The position numbers and the translations under genes are program-made. From a virus: a stretch of DNA of 26,763 nt. The notes beneath the pieces were generated by a model. It worked only from the letters and a program-made list of their open reading frames with translations. It made no database searches and was not told the origin of the DNA. Below are positions 1 through 7,585 of the stretch, piece after piece; position 1 is the first letter of the stretch, and each line of letters opens with the position of its first letter. The DNA lies in the IMG/VR virus record IMGVR_UViG_3300050505_000309, positions 1 through 26,763 of that record. The stretch is one strand, 5' to 3'.

Positions 1-249
1 GACGAGCCCGCGCGGATGCCCCGCCCCCCACAGCCGCCCCTCCGGCCCGCAGACCCCGACCTCCGCCTCCCGCGCCTGAGCGCAGTACTGCCACCCCCGC
101 GTCGTGAACCCGTAGACCGGATCCCCCACCGTCACCGCCGCGCGCGGATGCACGCACACCGGCAACGACTCGTACGCCGTCTTCTTCCACCGGACCCACG
201 TGCACCCGACGCAGGACGGCGCAGTCGCGTCCTCCGGCTCCGGGCTCAT
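1..249 (-). CDS. Cys-rich small phage protein, runs off window start
   Basis: Own translation from ATG 249: MSPEPEDATAPSCVGC...CVHP...DPVYG...CGPEGRLW; ATGA overlap with the stop of 246..596; not in ORF track. Confidence 0.65.
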   Translation of the reverse strand, partial: MSPEPEDATAPSCVGCTWVRWKKTAYESLPVCVHPRAAVTVGDPVYGFTTRGWQYCAQAREAEVGVCGPEGRLWGAGHPRGLV

Positions 250-596
250 GGCCGATCCAGCTCCTCGCCGCGCGCGACGTGCTTGAAGTGACACGCCCAG
301 CAGCACGTCTCCGTCACCCACCACCCCTCCCCCGGTTGCCGCTCGCTGGCCCTCCGCCCACACCCCGGGCCGCACCCGGGCGTGTCGCAGCCCGAGCACA
401 CCTGCGCCGCCGCCCACGCCTTGTACCGCTCCCACTCCTCCCGCGTCTCGATCACCTGCGGGTGCCCCACCTGAAACTCCCCGACCCCCACCGCCGCCTC
501 CGCCCGCTGCAACGCCCGCCGCGCTCGCCACAGCCGCCAGACGACCCCTGCGTACTCCTTCACCAGTTGCCACGTCGTCGGCTCCGGGTACGGCAT
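246..596 (-). CDS. Hypothetical protein with Cys-rich C-terminus
   Basis: MPYPEPTTWQ... start coupled (TGATG) to the upstream gene. Confidence 0.65.
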   Translation of the reverse strand: MPYPEPTTWQLVKEYAGVVWRLWRARRALQRAEAAVGVGEFQVGHPQVIETREEWERYKAWAAAQVCSGCDTPGCGPGCGRRASERQPGEGWWVTETCCWACHFKHVARGEELDRP

Positions 597-799
597 CAGC
601 GCGCCTTCACCAGGACCTTGTCCACCCACCGGCCGTCGACACATTCGTAGCGCTCCGGGTGGCGATCCACCGCGCAGAAGAAACAGCCGGGCTCGCACCG
701 CTTCCGCTTGCGCTTCTGCTCGGCGTGCTCGATGAACTCGAAGTACCCCCGCCCCCCCGGAATCGGCCCACAGACGAACGTCGTCCGCCGTCGCCCCAT
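596..799 (-). CDS. Hypothetical protein
   Basis: MGRRRTTFVCG...; TGATG coupling at both ends. Confidence 0.6.
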   Translation of the reverse strand: MGRRRTTFVCGPIPGGRGYFEFIEHAEQKRKRKRCEPGCFFCAVDRHPERYECVDGRWVDKVLVKAR

Positions 800-999
800 C
801 AGTTCCTCCGTGCCCGCTCCCCCGGCGGGTCGTACTCCCCCGTCACCACCCCCCACTCCCTCCCCATCTTCAACACCCCCCGCGGCTTCAGCTCCCACCG
901 CTCCATCTCCTCCAACGCCAGCGCGATCACCGCCGTCAGCCCCACATCCGAACACCGCCCCAGCAACTCCCGCACCGTCGCCGGCTCCTCGCCCATCAC
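799..999 (-). CDS. Hypothetical protein
   Basis: GGAGG RBS then GTG ATG; MGEEPATVRELLGRC... Confidence 0.65.
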   Translation of the reverse strand: MMGEEPATVRELLGRCSDVGLTAVIALALEEMERWELKPRGVLKMGREWGVVTGEYDPPGERARRN

Positions 1000-1012
1000 G
1001 CCCCTCCGACGC

Positions 1013-1174
1013 TCATCGCCGCCTCGCCTTCCTCCGCGCCCGCTCGTAGCACGCGCTGCATAGCCCCTTCGCCTCGTGCGGCCGCCCCGGATGACACCGC
1101 ACCACCCGCCCCTTGATCCCGCCGCGCTGCCGCCGCGCCTCGTTCGCCGCCCGCCACCACCCCGGGGCCGACAC
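1013..1174 (-). CDS. Small basic putative Zn-binding protein
   Basis: Own translation from GTG 1174: VSAPGWW...CHPGRPHEAKGLCSACYERARRKARRR; not in ORF track. Confidence 0.55.
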   Translation of the reverse strand: MSAPGWWRAANEARRQRGGIKGRVVRCHPGRPHEAKGLCSACYERARRKARRR

Positions 1175-1177
1175 CCA

Positions 1178-1465
1178 TCACCCCTGCCCCCTCGGCTCGA
1201 ACCGGCTCCGGTCCGGCAACCGCACCTCCGGAATCTTCCCCGCCGCCCCCAGACAGTACCCACATACCCCCAGCAGAAACCCGTGAGGACAGGGCCGCCC
1301 CGACCGCACGCTGATCACCGCCCGCTCCCGCCCCTTCTCCTCCCCCTCCAACCACGTCGCCACCAGCCCCACCAACTCCTCCACCTCCCCCGGCCGCCAC
1401 CGCCTCCGCCGCGACTTCCTCAGTACCGCCGCCAACCCCGCCCGCTGCCCCTCACTCAGCCGCAT
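1178..1465 (-). CDS. Hypothetical protein with CPHG...CxxC motif
   Basis: MRLSEGQRAG...CPHGFLLGVCGYC; GGGGAGGG upstream. Confidence 0.65.
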   Translation of the reverse strand: MRLSEGQRAGLAAVLRKSRRRRWRPGEVEELVGLVATWLEGEEKGRERAVISVRSGRPCPHGFLLGVCGYCLGAAGKIPEVRLPDRSRFEPRGQG

Positions 1466-1787
1466 CCGCCCCTCCCCCCGCCCGCTCCCGCACGCATCGC
1501 GGATCCTCGCAGTAGGACTTCTTGTGCCACCCACACAGCCGACTCGCCGGCCAGGCCTCCCGCACCACCGACTCGGCCAACACCGCCTCCGTCCGCTCTA
1601 TCGCCTGCCCGATCTCCCCCTTCGTCATCCGCTCCAACCGTGGCCGCACCGCCTTCACCAGCTTCGCCTCCGGCGTCGCCCCCCGCGCTAACTTCTCCTC
1701 CGCCGCCTCCCGAAACCAGGCGCTCCGCCCCTCCTTCGGCAACCGCGCCAGTAACGCCTCCGGGATCCGTATCGTGATCACCGCCAT
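1452..1787 (-). CDS. Ribbon-helix-helix (CopG/Arc-like) DNA-binding protein
   Basis: N-terminus MAVITIRIPEALLARL...RSAWFREAAEEKL fits the RHH strand-helix-helix pattern. Confidence 0.7.
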   Translation of the reverse strand: MAVITIRIPEALLARLPKEGRSAWFREAAEEKLARGATPEAKLVKAVRPRLERMTKGEIGQAIERTEAVLAESVVREAWPASRLCGWHKKSYCEDPRCVRERAGGGADAAE

Positions 1788-1800
1788 CTCGCCACCCCCC

Positions 1801-1884
1801 TGTATTACATCCACGGCCCTGTATTACATCGAACCGTATGACACCGTCAACCGTGTATTACATCCGCCCCCCGTGTATTACATC
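1801..1884. promoter_or_regulatory. Four TGTATTACATC operator-like repeats
   Basis: Exact copies at 1801, 1820, 1854 and 1874; core TGTA-T-TACA is palindromic; directly upstream of the RHH gene. Confidence 0.75.
1823..1850 (-). promoter_or_regulatory. Putative sigma70-type promoter for the leftward operon
   Basis: Minus strand TTGACG (1850-1845), 16-nt spacer, TGTAAT (1828-1823). Confidence 0.55.
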
Positions 1885-1949
1885 CGGCCCCGTCGGGAAG
1901 CCCCTCCGAAGCCCCTTCGATGCCCCTGTCCACAACCCCCACGTGCCCT

Positions 1950-2002
1950 GTTCTGAACTCCCCCCGCCCCTGTTCTGAACACCCCCCGGGGAGGTTCTGA
2001 AC
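1950..2002. repeat. Three GTTCTGAAC palindromes with exact 22-bp period
   Basis: Copies at 1950, 1972 and 1994. Confidence 0.75.
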
Positions 2003-2004
2003 CC

Positions 2005-2018
2005 GTTCCACGTGGAAC
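2005..2018. promoter_or_regulatory. parS-like palindrome
   Basis: Perfect palindrome GTTCCACGTGGAAC resembling the chromosomal parS consensus TGTTNCACGTGAAACA. Confidence 0.6.
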
Positions 2019-2290
2019 CCCCCCACCCCAGACCTTGCCCCCAGAGGAATGTGAGAAATGCGTGGAAAATTGGGGGAATTGCGTGGGAGGGACAGTGCGG
2101 CCCCCGGCCGCCTCGGGGGCGGGCCGACCCTCCGGGACAAGTGGGGGGGGTCCGGGCAGCTCGCGAGCCGAGCTCTCGGCCACCAGGTGCCGCGTGGCTG
2201 GCCGCAGGCTCGACTGGCAGGGTACGCGGCCACCGGGGACCGAAAGTCCCGCCTGAGCGCCACCACGGGCCGCAGGCAAGGCATGGCGGG

Positions 2291-2331
2291 CACGGTGCCG
2301 CGTGTCTGTCCGAAAGACACGCGGCACCGTG
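2291..2331. repeat. Perfect 17-bp inverted repeat with 7-nt loop
   Basis: CACGGTGCCGCGTGTCT-GTCCGAA-AGACACGCGGCACCGTG. Confidence 0.85.
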
Positions 2332-2479
2332 AGACCACGGCGCGGCATGTGGTGATTGAGCACTGGATACCCGACAGAATGCCGGGATAGGGTAGCGGGT
2401 TACTCATTCAGGGCACTGGCGCGGGGCATGCGGGAGAGGGCACGCGGGCAAGTGCCTGACAACGCAGGGTGTCAGGGTT

Positions 2480-2495
2480 TGGCACTGGCATTGCT
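2480..2495 (+). promoter_or_regulatory. Putative sigma54 (-24/-12) promoter
   Basis: TGGCAC-TGGCA-TTGCT matches TGGCAC-N5-TTGCW, with GG and GC 10 nt apart. Confidence 0.5.
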
Positions 2496-2739
2496 TTCGC
2501 TCATGTCTTTCTTCCGGACGTGGGTAGGCAGATTCAGACTCTGAAAGGTGGTGATTCCGGTGAGGGCAGGCAGGCAGGCAAAGGCGACGCATGGCGCGGC
2601 CGGTCCCTCTGAGTCCCTCTCCCGGCATGGGGTCGGGAGAGTGTCCATGCGGACGGGCGGCGCGACGGGCGCGGCCCGGGGCATGTCTGAATTTTCAGAA
2701 TTTTCTGAGATTCAGACTTTTCCAGAGGGAGTGTCTGAA

Positions 2740-3357
2740 ATGGCCAAGGACAAGGGAAGCAAGGTGTCGGATATCGCGGTGACTCCGGTGACTCCGATTC
2801 CGGAGATTCCGGCGGCGCCGCTGCAAGGCAGCATGGACGCGGATCCGGCGAAGACGGGCGCGACGACGCATCAGCGCGCGGCGGACGCGGACGCGGTGGC
2901 CGAGCAAGTCAAGGCGCTCCGCGCGGACGAGCCGGTCATGGTCGAGCGGTTCAAGGCGTTCCGGTCCGACAAGGACAAGGATTCCTTGAAACTGTGGGCG
3001 TACAACTACACGCTGCGTAACGTGTTTGTCGATCCGACGCGCGGGATCAAGACCATCGCGGACTTTCTGCGGGACCGTCTCGGGATCGACGCATCCGACG
3101 CGGCCACGCTGAAGTCCGCGCGGGCCGATTGGGATTACCTCCGGCGGTGCGGTGCCACGCTGGCGGGCGCGGATACCGTCAAGTCCGTACCGACCGTGAC
3201 TCCGTATGGCACGCGGGTAACGGAGTACGTCAAGAGCAACTTCGCGGTAGGCGAGGGCAAGTTGACGCTGGTGGAAGCGTACGCAATCCTCACGCTGGTG
3301 ACGGAGCGGTACAACACGGCGGCCGCGACGGAGGCGGCCAAGGTCAAGGCGGCCTAG
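2740..3357 (+). CDS. Hypothetical protein, first gene of the rightward arm
   Basis: GAGGGAG RBS, MAKDKGSK..., strong GC3 bias, followed by a terminator. Confidence 0.85.
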   Translation: MAKDKGSKVSDIAVTPVTPIPEIPAAPLQGSMDADPAKTGATTHQRAADADAVAEQVKALRADEPVMVERFKAFRSDKDKDSLKLWAYNYTLRNVFVDPTRGIKTIADFLRDRLGIDASDAATLKSARADWDYLRRCGATLAGADTVKSVPTVTPYGTRVTEYVKSNFAVGEGKLTLVEAYAILTLVTERYNTAAATEAAKVKAA

Positions 3358-3375
3358 CGCGGCCACGCGGGAAGC

Positions 3376-3419
3376 AAGGCGCGGTATCCAGGGCACCGGA
3401 TGCCGCGCCTTTCGTTTGT
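3376..3419 (+). terminator. Rho-independent terminator
   Basis: 14-bp stem AAGGCGCGGTATCC / GGATGCCGCGCCTT (one G-U pair), 8-nt loop, then TCGTTTGT. Confidence 0.7.
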
Positions 3420-3520
3420 CCGCTGACGGCCGACCATGCGGGCACCTGGCGCCGGGGCGCGGCGCGGTTCTGAAAGTCAGACAGTCAGCGCGGCGAGAGG
3501 CCGCGCGGAGGAACGCGAGT

Positions 3521-3898
3521 ATGGCGGGAATCGGGGTGCAGATCGGATCGGATGGGCGGGTCCAGCTCCCGCCGGAGCCGCCGGGGTATCGGCCGCGGCC
3601 TCGAGCGCGGGTGCCCCTCGAGCGGATCGGCGTGATCGGCGGCACGGTCGGGTGGCGGGATGTGCCCACGCGGACGGAACCCGAGGGAGCTCGGTTGCCG
3701 GCGGGGCGGTTGGGCATGGTGCTCACGCGGTACGCCGATGGGGATTGGGGATCGCTGGCCGGGTGGGAACCCGTCGACGATCTCCGCGCGTGGCAGCGCC
3801 AGTGCGGGCTGTCGCGGATCACGGGCACCTGGCCGGTGGGGCAGATCGTGGCCATCGGGTCGCGGGCGGGGGCGTGGTGGACGGAGGCGGGGCAGTGA
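3521..3898 (+). CDS. Hypothetical protein
   Basis: GGAGGA RBS; MAGIGVQIGSDG...; flanked by motif copies 3469 and 3904. Confidence 0.7.
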   Translation: MAGIGVQIGSDGRVQLPPEPPGYRPRPRARVPLERIGVIGGTVGWRDVPTRTEPEGARLPAGRLGMVLTRYADGDWGSLAGWEPVDDLRAWQRQCGLSRITGTWPVGQIVAIGSRAGAWWTEAGQ

Positions 3899-3934
3899 AC
3901 GGTTCTGAATCTCAGACAAAGGAGCAGGCCGGCC

Positions 3935-4054
3935 ATGAGTGACGAGATGTTCCTGGCGTGGGGGGCGGATATCGAGTGGTGCCTGATCCGGCTACGGTGG
4001 CCGGTGGCGTGCTGCTGCGCGCTGCTCGCCCTGGTGCTCACCGAGGGGCTGTAG
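3935..4054 (+). CDS. Small hydrophobic protein (39 aa)
   Basis: AAAGGAG upstream; MSDEMFLAWGADIEWCLIRLRWPVACCCALLALVLTEGL. Confidence 0.55.
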   Translation: MSDEMFLAWGADIEWCLIRLRWPVACCCALLALVLTEGL

Positions 4055-4063
4055 GAGGCCGCG

Positions 4064-4492
4064 ATGAAAGACGAACACCTGATCCTGGCCCGCGCGCGTC
4101 GGCTGCGCAAGGGCGGCGATGACCACGCGGGCGCGATCAGCATGGCGCTCGCGGAGCGGAAGTACACGTACGGCCATCCGGCCGACTACCTGCGCACCGC
4201 GTTCCGGCTGTATGACAAGCTGCGCGCGTTCGAGGCCACGCCGTTCGTCAAGGCCCCGCCCCCGCCGCCGGACTTTCGGCCCGTCCAGGTGGAGCTGCCG
4301 CCTCCGCCGCCCATGCTCGGCCGCGCTGCGGAGCTCGAGATCCGCCATCGCGTGTACGCGGATCGCTCCGTGTCCGCCGTCATGCCCGCGCCCAAGCCGC
4401 GCCCCGAGCCCAAGGTGATCGCCGTCCGCGTGGTCTCGCGCGACGCCCTGCGCGCCGTCAAGCGCCACCTCGAGAGCCAGAACCCGCAGTGA
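4064..4492 (+). CDS. Proline-rich hypothetical protein
   Basis: AGGAGG RBS, codon bias. Confidence 0.75.
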   Translation: MKDEHLILARARRLRKGGDDHAGAISMALAERKYTYGHPADYLRTAFRLYDKLRAFEATPFVKAPPPPPDFRPVQVELPPPPPMLGRAAELEIRHRVYADRSVSAVMPAPKPRPEPKVIAVRVVSRDALRAVKRHLESQNPQ

Positions 4493-4698
4493 TCCCGCTG
4501 CCCGCGCGGGTCGCGCTGCCGCCGCCACCGGGCGGCCTCCCCGCGCGGGTCGCGCTGCCTCCCCCGCCGCCGGCCTATCGGCCCGCCGGCGAGGTCGAGG
4601 TGCGCATCCTGCTGCCTTGGCTCGTGATCGACGTGCGCCCGCCGCTCCTCGAGCGCCTGCGCGCCGTCCTCGCCCTGATAGAGGCCCGTCGTCGGTAG
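4489..4698 (+). CDS. Hypothetical protein with duplicated LPARVALPPPP
   Basis: GTGA overlap; 20-bp direct repeat at 4501 and 4540. Confidence 0.6.
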   Translation: MIPLPARVALPPPPGGLPARVALPPPPPAYRPAGEVEVRILLPWLVIDVRPPLLERLRAVLALIEARRR

Positions 4699-4859
4699 AA
4701 GTTTTCGCATATCAGACGTTTGCTGGCTTGCGCGCGCGTGGCACGCGTCACGGCGATTGCGCGAACGGGGATGCGGCCCCGGTCCAATCCGCCATCGGCC
4801 CCGGATCGCGAATCCGGCCCCGGTGTCTATCTGAAAGTCAGAATCGAAAGGAGGGTCAC

Positions 4860-5099
4860 ATGAGCGCGAAGTTCTCCGTCTCCCCCGGTGACAAGGTCGC
4901 CTACTCGGTGGTGTTCCTCGAGTCCATCGGGATGGCCCACTCCGACATGGCCCACGCGCGCGGGGTAGTCACCCAGGTCACGCAACTCGGCCCCGAGACG
5001 CGGCTGGCCACGATCGCCTGGGATCGCGACATGCCCGCGCGGGTCAACGTGGCCAATCTCGCCCGCGTCGGCCCCAACTCCCGCTTCGCCAAGTGCTAG
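4860..5099 (+). CDS. Small beta-barrel (SH3/KOW-like) protein
   Basis: AAGGAGG RBS; PGDKVAY...GVVTQV...IAWD pattern. Confidence 0.7.
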   Translation: MSAKFSVSPGDKVAYSVVFLESIGMAHSDMAHARGVVTQVTQLGPETRLATIAWDRDMPARVNVANLARVGPNSRFAKC

Positions 5100-5108
5100 G
5101 AGGAGCTC

Positions 5109-5285
5109 ATGGAGACCCTGATCCTCGTCGTCATGCTCATCTCCGGCGATGTCCTGTCCCGCCCCGTCCCGGCCGCCACCTGCCCCGCGATCGCCATGCG
5201 GCTGATCGTCATGCCCGAGGTCACCTCGGCCTGGTGCGAGTCCGGCAAGACGTTCCGCCCCGTGTTCACCACCGTGTCGTCGTAG
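5109..5285 (+). CDS. Small protein with hydrophobic N-terminus, paralog of 6592..6750
   Basis: GGAGGAG RBS; METLILVVMLISG...VPAATCPAIAMRLIVMPEVTSAWC; not in ORF track. Confidence 0.7.
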   Translation: METLILVVMLISGDVLSRPVPAATCPAIAMRLIVMPEVTSAWCESGKTFRPVFTTVSS

Positions 5286-5317
5286 TTCTGAATCTCAGAA
5301 TCGAAAGGAGAGTCCCC

Positions 5318-5602
5318 ATGGACCTGTTCTTCCACGCCCCGATGATCGCCGGGTACGTCATCCGCCCCGGCACGGCCTTCCAGGTCTGCCTCAAGGTCGT
5401 GAACGAGACCGGCGACGAGTTGAGCCTCGCCCTGGACAATTCGGCCGGTGCCCACGACCGGGCCTGGCGCGGCGATCTCCGCGTGTTCGCCGCCAGCGGC
5501 GACGACAACGACGAGATGATCGAGCCCATCGTCGGCCCCACCCCGCTGCAATTGCTCGAGACCCTCGCCACCCATCTCGGCTATCGGATCGAGCCGCTGT
5601 AG
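5318..5602 (+). CDS. Hypothetical protein
   Basis: AAAGGAG RBS after a motif copy; MDLFFHAP... Confidence 0.75.
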   Translation: MDLFFHAPMIAGYVIRPGTAFQVCLKVVNETGDELSLALDNSAGAHDRAWRGDLRVFAASGDDNDEMIEPIVGPTPLQLLETLATHLGYRIEPL

Positions 5603-5611
5603 TCGTTCTCC

Positions 5612-5827
5612 GTGTGCCATGTCTGCTTCCGCACCGACGTCAAGAAGCGGCCCCGGTTCGGGAAGTTGCACTATCCCCATCGGTGCCCGCATGGCGTCTG
5701 GTGCGTGACCGGGGATCGCCTGCTCGGCGTCCATGCCAACAATACCCCCGTCGCCGGCCCGAATCGGTGCGCGGAGTGCGCGAAGCGCATCCCGTGGACG
5801 GCCGTCAAGCGCGACTTGTCCTTGTAG
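5612..5827 (+). CDS. Cys/His-rich small protein
   Basis: CHVC...CPHGVWC...CAEC. Confidence 0.55.
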   Translation: MCHVCFRTDVKKRPRFGKLHYPHRCPHGVWCVTGDRLLGVHANNTPVAGPNRCAECAKRIPWTAVKRDLSL

Positions 5828-5913
5828 GTTCGCCGCGATTCTGGAATCCAGAATCGCCCGCCGCGCGCCGGCAGCGCGCCGTTCCCCATTCCCATCTCAA
5901 CAAGGAGGGAGTC

Positions 5914-6327
5914 ATGAACTCCACCCCCGTCACGCTGTTCAACCTGTCCGGTGCCCGCGTGGTCACGGCCCTGCGGCTCGAGGGCAGCACCCGCACCTGG
6001 ATCAGCGCCCTGGACCCGGCCGCCCTCGAGGCGGCGATCCTCCCCGGCGACCTGTACGAGCAGCTCCACCCCGACGACCTGCTCGAGCTCGGCCGGTCCG
6101 GCGCGGCCCTGTCCCCCGAGGAGTTGGAGGCCTACGAGGAGCTGGCGCACCCGCCCACGCCGTTCTCCCGCATCCGCGACTGGCTCGGCACGTGGGGTCC
6201 CGACGACTGCCCCGGCCTTGAGGCCTTCCTCGCGGAGATCGACGGCATGGGCATGCCCCACAACATCGACCTGAAGGTCTGGCTCACCCGCTGGACGGCG
6301 GTGGGCAAGCAGCAGGCCCGGCGGTGA
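5914..6327 (+). CDS. Hypothetical protein
   Basis: AAGGAGG RBS; MNSTPVTLFN... Confidence 0.75.
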   Translation: MNSTPVTLFNLSGARVVTALRLEGSTRTWISALDPAALEAAILPGDLYEQLHPDDLLELGRSGAALSPEELEAYEELAHPPTPFSRIRDWLGTWGPDDCPGLEAFLAEIDGMGMPHNIDLKVWLTRWTAVGKQQARR

Positions 6328-6506
6328 AGCGCGCGAGTTACCGCATCGGCGTGGCCTGGATCGCCCAGAACGACGAGCCCCTGGATCGCGACCCCGAGTC
6401 CATCGCCGAGTACATCTCCACCCAACTCCTCGCCGATCTGTTCGGCGTCGAGCCCGCGCGGGTCGCCGCCGACGTGCTGCGCGCCCGCCAGAAGGAGGCC
6501 CCGTGA
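6324..6506 (+). CDS. Hypothetical protein
   Basis: GTGA coupling; KRASYRIGVAWIAQND...LLADLFG. Confidence 0.7.
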   Translation: MKRASYRIGVAWIAQNDEPLDRDPESIAEYISTQLLADLFGVEPARVAADVLRARQKEAP

Positions 6507-6595
6507 TCCGCTTCTGCCGCTGCCCCATGCCCCTGTGGTTCTACAGCATCACCGGGTTCCTGCTCTGCCGGCATTGCTACGGGCACCCGCGATGA
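6503..6595 (+). CDS. 30-aa CxC...CxxC miniprotein
   Basis: AAGGAGG RBS, coupled at both ends; MIRFCRCPMPLWFYSITGFLLCRHCYGHPR. Confidence 0.55.
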   Translation: MIRFCRCPMPLWFYSITGFLLCRHCYGHPR

Positions 6596-6750
6596 TGCTG
6601 CTGATCGTCGTCCTCTCGTTGGGCTGGACCGCGCGCACCGAGACCATGCTGGTGCCCGCCGCCGTCTGTCCCGCCGTGGCCCAGGACCTCGTCCGCATGA
6701 ACGAGGTCATCGCGGCCATGTGCCGGCCCCTGCCTCCCGACCGATTCTGA
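6592..6750 (+). CDS. Small protein, paralog of 5109..5285
   Basis: MMLLIVVLSLG...VPAAVCPAVAQDLVRMNEVIAAMC; stop lies inside the motif copy. Confidence 0.7.
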   Translation: MMLLIVVLSLGWTARTETMLVPAAVCPAVAQDLVRMNEVIAAMCRPLPPDRF

Positions 6751-6771
6751 AATCCAGAACAGGAGCGCGAC

Positions 6772-6966
6772 ATGCCGAATACGTCGATCCTCACCCATGC
6801 CCAGGCCTGCGCCTGTGCCTTCCTCAACGCCCGCTTCGACGAGCCGATGTGCCGGCCGCCGTACTACCGCGCCATCCAGATCGTCAACTTCTCCCTCCTC
6901 GAGGAGGAGCGCGCCATCTCCCGGCTGCTCCACACCGAGTATCCCCACACGGAGAGCCCCCGGTGA
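6772..6966 (+). CDS. Hypothetical protein
   Basis: AGGAG RBS after a motif copy. Confidence 0.65.
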   Translation: MPNTSILTHAQACACAFLNARFDEPMCRPPYYRAIQIVNFSLLEEERAISRLLHTEYPHTESPR

Positions 6967-7379
6967 GCGCCTTCACTCCCTGGTTCAATTGCCTCGTGAT
7001 CGAGGCGGGCCGCCACCGTCAGGAGCGCCCCTACGAGATCCTCGCCGCCGTGCGTGGCCCCGACGTCGATCTCGGCGAGTACGACACCCTCCAGGGCTAT
7101 CCCACCGACCAGATCAAGGACTTGGTCACGGCCCGCGTCCGGGCCATCGTGTTCGAGGAGAGCAGCGTCACGGAGGGCTCGCTCTATTGCTCCAAGCCCT
7201 TCGACGCCGAGGACCTGGACGATCTCAAGCGCCTGATGGACGAGGTCGGCCGGCACAAGGAGGCCCGGCACTTTCTCCAGCATCTCCGGCGCGCCGTCCA
7301 GGCGAGCCACGAGCACCCCATCTGGGCGCAGTACGCCGGCGAGATCATCGAGGTCCTGCAATGGGTCGTCAATTACTGA
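6963..7379 (+). CDS. Hypothetical protein
   Basis: GTGA coupling; ...ILAAVRGPD... Confidence 0.7.
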   Translation: MSAFTPWFNCLVIEAGRHRQERPYEILAAVRGPDVDLGEYDTLQGYPTDQIKDLVTARVRAIVFEESSVTEGSLYCSKPFDAEDLDDLKRLMDEVGRHKEARHFLQHLRRAVQASHEHPIWAQYAGEIIEVLQWVVNY

Positions 7380-7585
7380 TCCCCGGCGACCGCGTGGCCT
7401 ACACCGCCAGCTCGGACATGCAGGGCACCATCACGGCCGTGGAAACGGCCCCGTTCCATTCCGCCCCGGAGTATGTCTATGTGCGCTGGGACACGCCCTG
7501 GGCCGGGTTGCACAGTGTCCGTGAATCGGTCATATTCCTTCAGCGCGTTTCTGAAAGTCAGAATCATCGGAGGACCGCCGCATGA
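7361..7585 (+). CDS. Small SH3/KOW-like protein
   Basis: PGDRVAY...GTITAV...YVRWD, similar pattern to 4860..5099. Confidence 0.6.
   Translation: MGRQLLIPGDRVAYTASSDMQGTITAVETAPFHSAPEYVYVRWDTPWAGLHSVRESVIFLQRVSESQNHRRTAA

Noticed and set aside
1013-1465. Second possible TGA readthrough joining 1178..1465 to 1013..1174 (same frame)
   Set aside because: No SECIS-like hairpin seen after the TGA, and a GTG start two codons later explains the downstream ORF.
2695-4167. Long antisense or alternate-frame ORFs in the track (e.g. 2695..4167, 14231..15238, 14365..15807, 25797..26684)
   Set aside because: Shadow ORFs typical of high-GC DNA; low-complexity translations overlapping better-supported genes with RBS and coupling.
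4501-4559. 20-bp direct repeat as a regulatory or mobile-element signal
   Set aside because: The 39-bp period is in frame and simply duplicates LPARVALPPPP inside a small ORF.
4739-4760. Second sigma54 promoter (TGGCACG...TTGC)
   Set aside because: Spacing between GG and GC is far from the required 10 nt.
5359-5385. IRPGTAFQV as a fourth copy of the LRPGRSFEV tag
   Set aside because: Only 5 of 9 residues are identical, the central Arg is missing, and it is near the N-terminus rather than in a C-terminal tail.
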